Notes: generated by a model from the letters alone, not told the origin. A stretch of DNA of 36,805 bases from Bdellovibrionota bacterium (GCA_044356455.1 JBIKWF010000034.1:1-36805); one strand, 5' to 3'. Shown: positions 7,626 to 17,441, numbered from the stretch's first letter. Translations and numbers: made by a program.

Positions 7626-10319
7626 GTGGCAGATTTTGATCATGTTTCTGTAGACCAAAAGTGGCAGCGCTACTGGGAAGAAAATAAGACCTTTAAGGCC
7701 CAGGCCCCCTCCGCTAAAAAGTTCTATTGCCTCGACATGTTCCCTTACCCCTCAGGCTCGGGCCTGCATGTAGGCCACCCTCTTGGCTATACCGCCACGG
7801 ATATTGTCTCGCGCTACAAACGCATGCGCGGATTCTCTGTCCTACATCCGATGGGTTTTGACGCCTTTGGTCTCCCCGCAGAACAACATGCCGTATCGAC
7901 CGGGGAACACCCGAGCGGCATCACTATGCAGAATTGCGAAGTCTTTACTCGGCAACTGAAAATGGTTGGCCTTAGTTATGATTGGGACCGCAATCTTGCG
8001 ACGTGCACGGTAGATTACTACCACTGGACCCAGTGGATCTTTCTTAAGCTCTACAATTCATATTTTGATGAGAAGACGCAAAAGGCGTGCCCCATCAGTG
8101 AGCTTCCTATTCCTGATGCAGTAAAGAAATCAGGAACCAAGGCCATACTCGAGTTCCAAGCGGAGCATCGCCTCGCCTTTTATGCGGACGCCATGGTCAA
8201 CTGGTGTCCTGCTCTTGGCACCGTGCTCGCGAACGAAGAGGTAATCGACGGCAAATCAGAGCGCGGAGGACACGACGTCATCCGCAAACCGATGAAACAG
8301 TGGCTGCTGAGGATTACGAAGTATGCCGAGCGCCTCATCAGTGAATTAGAGGGCATCGATTGGCCTGAAAACATTAAGGAGCAGCAGCGCAATTGGATCG
8401 GAAAGAAGCTGGGCGCTGAAATCCATTTCAAAGTTGAGGGCACGAGCGAAGAGCTTGTCGCTTTCACCACGCGCCCCGATACCCTCTTTGGGGTCACGTT
8501 CTTCGTAATTTCTCCTGAACATGCGCTTGCCGACAAAGTAGTAAAGCCGGAATGCCGCGCCGCAGTTACCGCCTATCGCGAAGAGGCCAAAAAGCTGAGT
8601 GACTTAGCGCGCACGATGGAGAACCGCAAAAAAACGGGCGTCTTCACGGGCTGTTATGTCATTAACCCGATTACGAACGAGAGAGTTCCGCTTTACCTGG
8701 GTGACTATGTCCTCATGTCCGTAGGGACCGGCGCCGTGATGGGCGTGCCGGCTCACGACGAACGTGACTTTGAATTTGCGCGCACCTTCCGCATTGATAT
8801 TCGGCCCGTGCTCGCGCCTGCTGATGATAAATCAGAAGTGCGCCAAGCCGTAATTGAGGGCGAAGTGGCGTGGACGGAACCTGGGGTAATGCTTCCAAGT
8901 AGCAGCCCCGTGGCCAAGGAACTCGGCGTCGAGGGCAAGCCCAATCTGGAGGCTGCAAAACTAATTGTAGGCTGGCTTGAAAATAACAAACTAGGTAGGC
9001 CCACGGTAACTTACAAGCTGCGGGATTGGCTCTTCTCTCGTCAGCGTTACTGGGGCGAACCCATCCCGGTAATTCACTGGGAGGACGGAACCTCTACCGC
9101 TCTCGACGAATCTGAACTTCCCTTAAAACTCCCCGAAGTAGCAGATTACAAGCCCTCTGATGGCGGAGAATCACCTCTCGCTAAGGCTACCGATTGGCTC
9201 ATCGTGCGCGATGAGAAGACTGGCCGGATGGGGCGAAGGGAAACTAACACCATGCCGCAATGGGCGGGCTCGTGTTGGTACTACCTGCGCTTTATTGATC
9301 CTAAGAACGGCAAGAAGGCCTGGGAGCCTGACCTTGAAAAGGGCTGGATGCCGGTAGATCTGTATGTCGGCGGCGCAGAGCATGCCGTGTTACATCTTCT
9401 CTATGCCCGCTTCTGGCACAAAGTCCTTTTTGACCTTGGGCATGTGAGTACCCGGGAGCCATTCCAGAAGCTCTACAATCAAGGAATGGTGCTCGCCAAC
9501 GCCTACAAGAACGGCCGCGGCGCACTGGTACCCACCGATGAAGTCACTGAGGGCGAAGACGGCGTTCCTAAACATGCCAAGACGGGTGAAGCGCTCGAAA
9601 GAATCATTGCCAAGATGTCAAAGTCGCTTCGTAACGTGGTGACTCTTGATGAAATCATTGGGCAATACGGAGCCGACACGTTCCGCATGTATCTCATGTT
9701 TATGGGACCGCTAGATGTGTCCCGAGTATGGGATTCGCGCGCCATTGTAGGCGTGCACCGCTTCCTTAAGCGTGCCTGGACCTTCGTGGCCGGGAGTGAA
9801 GATAAAGGAGTGCGCCCCACAGTCGAAGCTTCTGCGGAGTCCAAGGAAGTACAAAAGGCTCTGCATCGGCTAATCCACAAAGTCGGGGCAGATATCGAGT
9901 CCATGTCCTTTAATACTGCCGTATCGAGCATGATGGAGTTCTTAAACTCCGTTTCCGATAAGCAGTTCTCGCGCGAGTCTCTTTCAAAGTTTGTGCTCGT
10001 ACTTTCGCCCTTCGCCCCACATGCAGCGGAAGAACTTTGGCAGCGTCTTGGTAACAAGACGACCTTGGCATATGAGGCCTGGCCTTCGTACGACGAAAGC
10101 TTGCTAAAAGATGACGTCGTAACGGTGGTGGTGCAAGTGAATGGTAAGAAGCGTGCACTTCTCGAGGTTGAGGCGACGATAACCGAAGCTGCTCTTAAGG
10201 CCTTGGTAATTGAACGCATGGGCGCAACGGAATACAAAGTAAGCGAGGCGGATCAGTTCTTTACGGTGCGGACGCCGGGGACGAATGTGCCGAAGCTAGT
10301 AAATGTGGTGAAGCGGTAA
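7626..10319 (+). CDS. leuS: Leucine--tRNA ligase
   Basis: MFPYPSG.GLHVGH, TTRPDT editing motif, SRQRYWG, KMSKS; GTG start chosen downstream of GGGAGG. Confidence 0.98.
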   Translation: MADFDHVSVDQKWQRYWEENKTFKAQAPSAKKFYCLDMFPYPSGSGLHVGHPLGYTATDIVSRYKRMRGFSVLHPMGFDAFGLPAEQHAVSTGEHPSGITMQNCEVFTRQLKMVGLSYDWDRNLATCTVDYYHWTQWIFLKLYNSYFDEKTQKACPISELPIPDAVKKSGTKAILEFQAEHRLAFYADAMVNWCPALGTVLANEEVIDGKSERGGHDVIRKPMKQWLLRITKYAERLISELEGIDWPENIKEQQRNWIGKKLGAEIHFKVEGTSEELVAFTTRPDTLFGVTFFVISPEHALADKVVKPECRAAVTAYREEAKKLSDLARTMENRKKTGVFTGCYVINPITNERVPLYLGDYVLMSVGTGAVMGVPAHDERDFEFARTFRIDIRPVLAPADDKSEVRQAVIEGEVAWTEPGVMLPSSSPVAKELGVEGKPNLEAAKLIVGWLENNKLGRPTVTYKLRDWLFSRQRYWGEPIPVIHWEDGTSTALDESELPLKLPEVADYKPSDGGESPLAKATDWLIVRDEKTGRMGRRETNTMPQWAGSCWYYLRFIDPKNGKKAWEPDLEKGWMPVDLYVGGAEHAVLHLLYARFWHKVLFDLGHVSTREPFQKLYNQGMVLANAYKNGRGALVPTDEVTEGEDGVPKHAKTGEALERIIAKMSKSLRNVVTLDEIIGQYGADTFRMYLMFMGPLDVSRVWDSRAIVGVHRFLKRAWTFVAGSEDKGVRPTVEASAESKEVQKALHRLIHKVGADIESMSFNTAVSSMMEFLNSVSDKQFSRESLSKFVLVLSPFAPHAAEELWQRLGNKTTLAYEAWPSYDESLLKDDVVTVVVQVNGKKRALLEVEATITEAALKALVIERMGATEYKVSEADQFFTVRTPGTNVPKLVNVVKR

Positions 10320-10397
10320 CTTGCGCGACTACTTGCCGCCAGGGCGCAAGCAAGAATACTCGGCGAAAAACCGTAAAATTGCTTAAAATTTTTTTGG

Positions 10398-10510
10398 ACC
10401 ACAAAGGACGCTAAGGACGCAAAGAAAGCTCAATTAAAACTACCTGTTCTTCCCCCTCTCAACAGAGAGCGGGGAAGCTTACAGAGCGGACTTTTTCAGA
10501 GATTCCTCAG
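10398..10510. repeat. 9-bp-periodic repeat tract plus right end of the YTAG MITE family
   Basis: ACCACAAAG-GACGCTAAG-GACGCAAAG at 10398-10424; CAGAGCGGACTTTTTCAGAGATTCC near 10482-10506 closely matches the revcomp of the end at ~31917-31941. Confidence 0.7.
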
Positions 10511-11671
10511 TTACCTTTTCTCATTCGACCTAAGGAACACTGAGAGCCCGTACCCTGCAATCGCAAAACACGCAGCCAAAAGGAACGCGAGGTCCAAGCG
10601 ACTCCCCATGCCGCCTACCCCAATAAGAAGTGCCGCACTCGCAAGCCAAGGCCCAAGCGAGCGCGCCACTCCCATGAATAGAAACGTCTGAATTCCCTGC
10701 AGCGAATACCGAGTCCCCTCTTCGGCGCGTTCTCTGAGGATAATAGGCAGGGTCACAAAAAGTCCCACTACAATAGGTCCGTGAAGAAGCTGTGTAAGAA
10801 CTGCAACTAGGAGAGAGTCCGACACACAAAGAAGCAAAGTCCTCATCGCTATGGCTAGAATGGCGCCAAGCACAATCCGCTCCGCACCGATGCGCTGGAT
10901 GAGTCTCCCCGTGAAGGGCATCAAGATAATTTCAGCGACAACCCCTAGGTTGAAAATGAGGCCGAGGGCCCCAGGCTGGGCCCCAATTTCTTGCAGATGA
11001 CGCGGGTAAGTATTGTAAAAAATTGCGAGCCCCAAAGTCGCAACCGCTGCGGGCCATAGCACTCCGACAAGGGGTGGTTTGAGGGTCAGCTTAAGGGCTT
11101 CAAGCGAAGGAGCTCCCACGACGGGCGGGCTTTCGGGCCCTGAAACAAGCATCGCCGAACATAGCGCCGCAAGCAGCGTCCCTGATGATACGCCTGCGAC
11201 AAAGAATAAACTAAGCGTCTCTGTCGACGGGGCAAGGAGTGCACAAATAAGCGAAGGAAAGACGAAACCAAAGCTTCCGTAGATACGAATCTTCTGAAAC
11301 TCGTGACGCGCCCCGGCACCAAGAAGCAGCAAGGTATGAGCATCAAGCAAAGAGAGCGCGGGAAGATAGCAGCTAAAAAAGCAAAAGGTGATAACAAACA
11401 GGATCGGAATGGAGCCCCCAAGGAGCCACAAGGGAGCGAGTAAACTTGCGCCGGAAAAGGCAGCTACCAGAAGCCACTTCACACTCCATCGTCTGTCAGC
11501 AAAATGCGCTACTATGAGGGGAGAAAAGAGCGCTGCAATTCCTAATCCACTTAAAATAAAGCTGTTGGCAGCATCCGAAACGCCCTGAGCTCGAAGAACA
11601 GGGGGAAGAAAAGGCAACAAGAGACCGTAGGCTAGGAAAGCGGCAAAATAGAGTAACTTAAGATGAGCCAT
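10511..11671 (-). CDS. MFS transporter (nucleoside:H+ symporter/MFS_1-like)
   Basis: Multiple TM helices; HFADRRW, RIYGSFGF, GVVAEI and QLLHG motifs; start moved to MAHLKLLYF to avoid overlap with argP. Confidence 0.85.
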   Translation of the reverse strand: MAHLKLLYFAAFLAYGLLLPFLPPVLRAQGVSDAANSFILSGLGIAALFSPLIVAHFADRRWSVKWLLVAAFSGASLLAPLWLLGGSIPILFVITFCFFSCYLPALSLLDAHTLLLLGAGARHEFQKIRIYGSFGFVFPSLICALLAPSTETLSLFFVAGVSSGTLLAALCSAMLVSGPESPPVVGAPSLEALKLTLKPPLVGVLWPAAVATLGLAIFYNTYPRHLQEIGAQPGALGLIFNLGVVAEIILMPFTGRLIQRIGAERIVLGAILAIAMRTLLLCVSDSLLVAVLTQLLHGPIVVGLFVTLPIILRERAEEGTRYSLQGIQTFLFMGVARSLGPWLASAALLIGVGGMGSRLDLAFLLAACFAIAGYGLSVFLRSNEKR

Positions 11672-11715
11672 GGGTCCTTGAGGCAACGCGCGTACCTCTA
11701 GACCATCGCAAGCAC

Positions 11716-12612
11716 TTACTTTTGACGCAACAATCCCTTGCCAAGTTTTACAATTGATTCCGAGAATTCTCGAACAAAGGGAGGCTGAAGGCGCGTATAT
11801 TGCCAATGGAGCTTAATGACTGCCCGCTCCCTCGGGGCAAGCTCTACGAGAATGCCTCTTTTCAAGAGATCAGCCGCTTGGAACTCTGGAACAAGGCCAT
11901 AGGCAAGGCCTCGCTCTACCAGACTTACAAATCCCTGAGACGAGGGGACCAAATGATGCGGGAACAAGAGATCTCCCATACCAAGGTGCCCTTTTAAGAA
12001 CTCCGAGTGAAGCTCATCTCGGCGATTAAAGAGAACCGCGGGAGCCTGCTCCAGACTCTCTCTGGTAATCCCTTTCTTAAAATAGCGCGCACGGTATTTC
12101 GGAGTAGCCACAAGACGATAGACCATAGAACCCAAGTACTCAGAGTCGCAGCCGACGGGGGCCTTCGCGCGCGCACTTACGCATCCCGAAACCTCTCCTC
12201 TCCGAAGAAGCTCATCGGTATGCCGCTCGTCGTCTACCAAGATGTGGATGAGATTTGTTGGCTTCGAAAGAGCAGGCACCACGGCATCGAGAAACCACGA
12301 GGCTAAGCTATCGGCATTTACCGCTACCGAAAAGGTCGAGAAGCTCACTCCTTGCGCTCCTTCGAGCTCCCCTAGCACTCCCCGCTCCCAGCGCTCGACT
12401 TGCTGTGCATGATGCAGAAGAGCCCGCCCACTCTGGGTGGGACGCGGAGGAATCTCACGCACAAGTATCCTGTGTCCAAGAATGTCTTCTAGTGCCGCTA
12501 TGCGCTGCGAAACTGCAGACTGGGTTATATGGAGTGCTTGCGCAGCCTTTGCAAAGCTCCCTTCGCGGAGCACCGTGCTAAACGCATGAAGATGATCGTA
12601 GTTCAGTCGCAT
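11716..12612 (-). CDS. argP: LysR-type regulator, ArgP/IciA/LysG subfamily
   Basis: GSFAKAAQALHITQSAVSQRIAALE HTH; subfamily motif AVNADSLASWF; divergent from a LysE gene. Confidence 0.92.
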   Translation of the reverse strand: MRLNYDHLHAFSTVLREGSFAKAAQALHITQSAVSQRIAALEDILGHRILVREIPPRPTQSGRALLHHAQQVERWERGVLGELEGAQGVSFSTFSVAVNADSLASWFLDAVVPALSKPTNLIHILVDDERHTDELLRRGEVSGCVSARAKAPVGCDSEYLGSMVYRLVATPKYRARYFKKGITRESLEQAPAVLFNRRDELHSEFLKGHLGMGDLLFPHHLVPSSQGFVSLVERGLAYGLVPEFQAADLLKRGILVELAPRERAVIKLHWQYTRLQPPFVREFSESIVKLGKGLLRQK

Positions 12613-12629
12613 GGGAGCATGTTCCGTAT

Positions 12630-12673
12630 ATTAATAAATCTAATGTCTCTAAAGTTTAATTACTTTTACTCAT
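12630..12673. promoter_or_regulatory. LysR-type binding sites between argP and argO
   Basis: ATTA-N7-TAAT (T-N11-A) at 12630-12644; weaker ATTACTTTTACTCAT at 12659-12673. Confidence 0.6.
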
Positions 12674-12719
12674 GATCTCAATTAAGTGCAATCTCACACG
12701 CAAGGAGAACTTACTTGCC

Positions 12720-13340
12720 ATGGCACTTACTTCGGGACTTATCACTGGCTTGGGACTCATTGTGGCTCCTGGCCCCCAGAATCTTTATATTCTTTGGGCC
12801 TCTTCTCTTCGTCGCTGCACCGTCTGGGTAGTGCTGGCAGCCTTTCTCTCTGACACTCTGCTCATTGGCTTAGGTGCCTTCGGATTGGGAGGCGCTCTTT
12901 CGTCCTCTCCTACTTCGATGTGGTGGAGCACTCTGGCAGGCATGCTTTTTGTTGGCTTCTTCTCGATTCAGTCCGGCAGCGCTTTAATTGAGAGCCTCAG
13001 GAGAAGTCCCCTCCCCGCGCCATCGGTCGAGCGGCCTAAAAGTACGGCATCTCGTCGCTCACTCGTTGGAAAAGTTGCGGCATTTTCACTTCTTAATCCG
13101 CATGCGGTCCTTGATACGACCGTGCTCCTCGGCACCGCGAGCTCTGCCTGGGGCGAGCACTCCCCTGCATTTGCACTCGGAGCAATGGCTGCTTCTGGAA
13201 TTTGGTTCTCGCTGCTCGGCGTGACTGGGCACCTCTTTGCGGGCACATTGGAGCGGCCCCGGGTGAGAAGCGCTCTTCACTTACTTTCTTTTTTATTTCT
13301 TTCAAAGACAGCAATAGATCTAGGTGCGCAGCTATTCTAA
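12720..13340 (+). CDS. argO: LysE/ArgO family amino-acid exporter
   Basis: GLIVAPGPQN, SDTLLI, SLLNPHAVLDT and ASGIWF motifs; AAGGAG upstream of ATG 12720. Confidence 0.85.
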   Translation: MALTSGLITGLGLIVAPGPQNLYILWASSLRRCTVWVVLAAFLSDTLLIGLGAFGLGGALSSSPTSMWWSTLAGMLFVGFFSIQSGSALIESLRRSPLPAPSVERPKSTASRRSLVGKVAAFSLLNPHAVLDTTVLLGTASSAWGEHSPAFALGAMAASGIWFSLLGVTGHLFAGTLERPRVRSALHLLSFLFLSKTAIDLGAQLF

Positions 13341-13399
13341 GCTGTCTCATTCTGACGCTCCCCGGAGACATAGCCGCGAGCACCTTATCGCCATGCGAG

Positions 13400-13516
13400 C
13401 TAGGAGTGTGTCCCGTAGAAACATTAATCTGCACTTTGGACAAAATCCGCAGGTGGGCTGTCCCGCTGCCACCACAACATGTAGTGGTGGAAGTTTTCTA
13501 CGGGACAGACTCCTAG
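13400..13516. mobile_element. 117-bp CTAG-bounded MITE with internal NrdR-box-like palindrome
   Basis: CTAGGAGTGTGTCCCGTAGAAA ... TTTCTACGGGACAGACTCCTAG (22-bp inverted repeat, 1 mismatch); related copy at 21336-21402. Confidence 0.78.
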
Positions 13517-13536
13517 GTTCGCTTTATTCTACATGT

Positions 13537-14083
13537 GGTAGGGCGCGCTGTTCCGCCTCTGCCAGTAGGCGACGGCGAGACGCGCGCCCTAGCGTGCCGA
13601 ATCAAATGCCCCGGGGCACCCATGAGCGGTTGCTATTTCGCAATCAGTGACGTGGGCGAATACAGGCCACGTGCCAGGACGAAAGTTCTTGCGGCACCGC
13701 GGGGACGCGGCGCCCTACCAAGGGGGCGAGACGCGCGCCCCGGCGTGCCGAATCAAATGCCGCGGGGCATCCATGAACAATAGCGAATTCGCAATCAGTG
13801 AGGTGGGCGAATACAGGCCACGTGCCAGGACGAGAGATCTTGCGGCACCGCGGGGACGCGGCGCCCTACCAAGGGGGCTCGCCTCTAGGTAGGGCGCGCC
13901 GTTCCGCCTCTTCCAGTAGGCGACGGCGAGACGCGCGCCCCGGCGTGCCGAATCAAATGCTGCGGGGCATCCATGAACAATAGCGAATTCGCAATCAGTG
14001 AGGTGGGCGAATACAGGCAACGTGCCGGGACAAGAGATCTTGCGGCGCCGCGGGGACGCGGCGTCCTACCTAGAGGCGAGCCC
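13537..14083. repeat. Three-unit GTAG REP/REPIN-like array
   Basis: Units 13537-13719, ~13725-13870 and 13888-14070 (periods 151 and 200 bp); ends GGTAGGGCGC...GCGCCCTACC; perfect 19-bp inverted repeat at 13875-13893 / 14065-14083. Confidence 0.9.
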
Positions 14084-14117
14084 AGGACAGAGCGCCCTCA
14101 CTCACCAGTATGACTCC

Positions 14118-14699
14118 CTAGACTCCCTTTAGCCCAAGCGCCTCGGCCTCTCCGCGCAGCGCTGCAATGACATTCGTCACATGCTGCGGAAGTTCAATCG
14201 CCAGTTCCTCTGCGCCGAGTTTAATATCATCTCGATTACAACCTCGCGCAAACGCCTTGTCTTTCATTTTCTTAAGAACGGAACTTGCTTCGAGTTGTAA
14301 AATCGACTTGTCGGGGCGAACTAATACGCTCGCGGTTACCAGCCCACTAAGCTCATCTACCGCAAACAGGGCTTTTGCCATCCGAGAGGCGCGAGCAACT
14401 CCGGTATAGGTGGCGTGTCCCATAATTGCGGTTCTGAGTTCTTCAGGATATCCGCGCTCAAGAAGGATTTGATTACCCTTAAAGGGGTGGCCCTCGGGCG
14501 GCGCTGGCTCGGGGTACCGCTCGTAGTCAAAGTCATGCAGCAGACCTGTCATACCCCATAGCTCCTCCTCTTCTGAGGGGACCCCAAAGTGCCGCGCATA
14601 CCAGCGCATGGAGGCTTCTACCGCGAGCGCATGCTTGAGGAGACTTGGCGAAGCGGTAAACTCGTTGAGAAGCTGAAAGGCTTCAGTTCGTGTTTTCAT
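14118..14699 (-). CDS. HD-domain (HDIG) hydrolase
   Basis: KHALAVEA, GLLHDFDYE, AVDELSGLV, KDKAFARG. Confidence 0.9.
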   Translation of the reverse strand: MKTRTEAFQLLNEFTASPSLLKHALAVEASMRWYARHFGVPSEEEELWGMTGLLHDFDYERYPEPAPPEGHPFKGNQILLERGYPEELRTAIMGHATYTGVARASRMAKALFAVDELSGLVTASVLVRPDKSILQLEASSVLKKMKDKAFARGCNRDDIKLGAEELAIELPQHVTNVIAALRGEAEALGLKGV

Positions 14700-14725
14700 A
14701 ACTAACCTTTTAAAGACAAAAGACG

Positions 14726-15394
14726 CTAGGGAGCTGGAAGAACTTGTTCACCAGCAGCTGCTCCTTCCGGCGAAGCGTCCCCTTGGGATGAAATTGCTTC
14801 AGAACTCGAATTGAGAGAAGCACTACTTGATGACTCTGCCACAGAAGAAGACGGCGCAGCCGTGGCTACCGGCTTAGAAAATTCCTTAAAGAGCTTTAGG
14901 AGAAGAAGCGCAGCAATATTTCCTTCAACATCTGATGCTTTAAGAGAAGACTCAAAATTGCGATCGGGGCCTGCTACTTTAAAATGCAGCACCGCTTCCG
15001 TGCTACTTTCTATTCCCGCTCCGCGGTTCGCATCGAAAACCCCCGCCTCCTTCATCAGGTCAAGAAGCCGAAGAAGATGCTGAGGACGACTGGGATCTGC
15101 GTTAGGGGCTACGCGATACAGTTCCTCGAGTTCTGTACCAGGCTGCCGGATTCGCACCTCAAGCGTAGGGAGATTAGCGGCACTCGCGGAAGTTTTGGCC
15201 CCGCTCGCATCTGTTTCCGCCTTATCCGCAGCAAATCGCACGGCACTCTTAAGGTGCTCCTGTTCGCCTGAGAGCCAGGTATCGAACTCATGCTGCAAAG
15301 AAGATTGTAGAGGCCGCAAGGTTTCGCCAAAGAAGTAGAAGCCTGCAAGCAAAGCAGCAACCAGAACAAGTTTAGAAACTCGGGCCTTCGACAT
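14726..15394 (-). CDS. Hypothetical protein with N-terminal membrane anchor and Ser/Ala-rich tail
   Basis: Intact 222 aa ORF co-oriented with neighbours. Confidence 0.7.
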   Translation of the reverse strand: MSKARVSKLVLVAALLAGFYFFGETLRPLQSSLQHEFDTWLSGEQEHLKSAVRFAADKAETDASGAKTSASAANLPTLEVRIRQPGTELEELYRVAPNADPSRPQHLLRLLDLMKEAGVFDANRGAGIESSTEAVLHFKVAGPDRNFESSLKASDVEGNIAALLLLKLFKEFSKPVATAAPSSSVAESSSSASLNSSSEAISSQGDASPEGAAAGEQVLPAP

Positions 15395-15536
15395 ACGCCC
15401 CCTACTATCCTTTAGTCTGAGTAACTAGGTCAAACCCAATAAACAGACCCGGGCAGGAGCTGGCTACTTACAAAACTCTCTCCCAACCTATGGTGGTGGC
15501 GACGAAACCCCTTTGGCGCAGGAGGATATGGCGCTC

Positions 15537-16889
15537 CTATAGGCGCTTTTGCGCCTCGCGCAGGAGCTCTTCTTTGGTATTGCGGTCAGGGTTCTCGATC
15601 ACAAGCTCTTCAAGCTCCTTGAGGAGTTTACCCATGGCTGCCCCTGGTTTCATTCCTAGCGCGATGAGGTCGTCTCCTCTTACTGCAAGTCGATTCCCCT
15701 GCTTTTCTCGGCGGCGAAGTTCTGCAGCGACCATTTCATCAAACTGACTGAGTCTCTGCAGTACCATGTCGTCAGCCATAATAGGCGGGGCGTCCGCGTA
15801 CTTAAACGTTCGCCAGTCATCATAGTAGGGGGCAACATCGCGCAATATTCTACGTATGCCGGGAGGACCACATTCGATTGGTCTCATATGCATACGCACG
15901 ACTCTTGAAACGTGCGTAATCTCCTCCCCTGAGAACTTCAGGCGCTCAAGCGCAGCAAGGCAAAGGCGCTCACTCACCGTTTCATGTTCATAAAAATGCC
16001 TTCTCCCATCCTCCCCCACGCTTAGCGTGGCGGGCTTGCCGCTGTCATGAAAGAGCGCAATGAGCCGAAGCATGGCATTGGGCGGGCAACGTTCGAGAAC
16101 TGAAAGAGTATGGTCGAATACATCCTCGGTATGAAATTCATTCTGCTCCACTCCCACCATGGGAATAAGCTCTGGCAGTACGAGCTTAAGAAGACCGAGC
16201 GCCAGCATTTGACGAATCGCAGCCGCAGGATGAGCGGTGACCAGTATCCTCTTGAGTTCTACTTGAACTCGCTCAGGACTGACCTCAAGAATCCTCTCCG
16301 CATGACGCTGCGCGGCTTCTAAAGTCTGCGGGGTGACCGTGCGCCCCGCGGCAACGCCGAAGCGAATCATTCGCAGGAGCCGAAGCGGGTCCTCATTAAA
16401 GCGCTGCGAAGCGTCTCCTACACAGCGAAGAGTTCTTGAGGCAAGATCCGAAAGCCCCAAGAAGGGATCCACAAGAGCATAGGAACTAAGGGATACCGCC
16501 AAGGCGTTAATGGTAAAATCCCGTCCCCCAAGATCCTCAGTTATCGACAGGGCATATTTATTCACGTGGTGGGGATTGGGCTGACGAAAGGTCGTGAGCT
16601 CAATATGCTCCCCCTCGTGAACAATGGTAATGGTTCCATGCTTGAGGCCTGTCTCAACGACCTTTAGCCCTGAGCGTACACAGCGCAATGCAGCCTCTTC
16701 GGGCAAAAGTCGTGAGGCGATATCGATGTCACTCGCAGCGGCGCCAAGCGCGAGGTCGCGCACTGCCCCACCCACTAAGTGCACATCCGCATCACTGCCA
16801 AGCGCCAAAACAATCGGAGCAAGACGCGGGCCTTCAGCAAGAGCACGAGACGCGGCCCCCAATTCCGTCGGAGAGGAAACTAGCGACAT
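15537..16889 (-). CDS. Class II tRNA nucleotidyltransferase with HD domain
   Basis: VGGAVRD, DIDIA, RDFTINA, EDPLRLLR, FHDSGKP; GGAGG upstream of ATG 16889. Confidence 0.92.
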   Translation of the reverse strand: MSLVSSPTELGAASRALAEGPRLAPIVLALGSDADVHLVGGAVRDLALGAAASDIDIASRLLPEEAALRCVRSGLKVVETGLKHGTITIVHEGEHIELTTFRQPNPHHVNKYALSITEDLGGRDFTINALAVSLSSYALVDPFLGLSDLASRTLRCVGDASQRFNEDPLRLLRMIRFGVAAGRTVTPQTLEAAQRHAERILEVSPERVQVELKRILVTAHPAAAIRQMLALGLLKLVLPELIPMVGVEQNEFHTEDVFDHTLSVLERCPPNAMLRLIALFHDSGKPATLSVGEDGRRHFYEHETVSERLCLAALERLKFSGEEITHVSRVVRMHMRPIECGPPGIRRILRDVAPYYDDWRTFKYADAPPIMADDMVLQRLSQFDEMVAAELRRREKQGNRLAVRGDDLIALGMKPGAAMGKLLKELEELVIENPDRNTKEELLREAQKRL

Positions 16890-16925
16890 GTAGCCTCCTG
16901 GGCACGAAGTCCCGAGGCCACCCAA

Positions 16926-17441
16926 TTAGGTGACAGGTTCAGAGGAAAGAAAGAGATACCAAGAACGAGGGATGTTGCCATTCAAACGTATAGTCAGCAC
17001 AGGTAGCCAATCGGGCCTCGCGGGCTTCGTACGAAGCGCCATGCGAGCCTCAGCTGGTGTGCGACCGCCTTTCTTACGGTTACATGCGGCGCAGCAACAT
17101 ACGATATTATCCCAAGAAGTCTTACCCCCGCGACTTCGGGGCATTACGTGATCAAGAGTAGCTTCACGCAAAGTAAGCTGCCGGGCGCAGTACTGGCACT
17201 CAAAATTATCTCTGGCCAGTATATTACTTCTGCAAAGAGGAGGCGACTTTCTGCCGATTTTTACAAATCGAAGGAGCCGCACGACGGCTGGCGCCTTGAT
17301 AAAGAGAGACACCGAACGGATGTGGTGATCGTACTCTTCAACTACTTCAATCTTCCCCGTGAAGAACATCGTGACTGCACGCTGCCACGAAATAACTTTT
17401 AGGGGCTCAAAGCTCGAGTTCAAAAGAAGAACGGGTTGCAT
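16926..17441 (-). CDS. HNH endonuclease (McrA-like)
   Basis: VLLLNSSFEPL, RDNFECQYC, TLDHVMPRSRGG, WDNIV..C..CN.KKG. Confidence 0.92.
   Translation of the reverse strand: MQPVLLLNSSFEPLKVISWQRAVTMFFTGKIEVVEEYDHHIRSVSLFIKAPAVVRLLRFVKIGRKSPPLCRSNILARDNFECQYCARQLTLREATLDHVMPRSRGGKTSWDNIVCCCAACNRKKGGRTPAEARMALRTKPARPDWLPVLTIRLNGNIPRSWYLFLSSEPVT

Noticed and set aside
9503..10237. 244-aa antisense ORF and similar long shadow ORFs (6315-6821, 25879-26535, 30558-31016)
   Set aside because: They lie opposite well-supported genes or across repeats and show no protein-like motifs.
10511..11806. Long N-terminal extensions and overlaps in the ORF track (MFS, fliL, slyD, nucleotidyltransferase, REC-HigA)
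   Set aside because: Downstream ATGs match family N-termini, often with an RBS, and remove most of the overlaps.
13537..14083. CRISPR array
   Set aside because: Units are 150-200 bp with conserved interiors, no unique spacers, and no cas genes in the window.
16926..17441. HNH gene as a defence or homing system
   Set aside because: It looks like the widespread standalone McrA-like family; no methylase, intron or array context.
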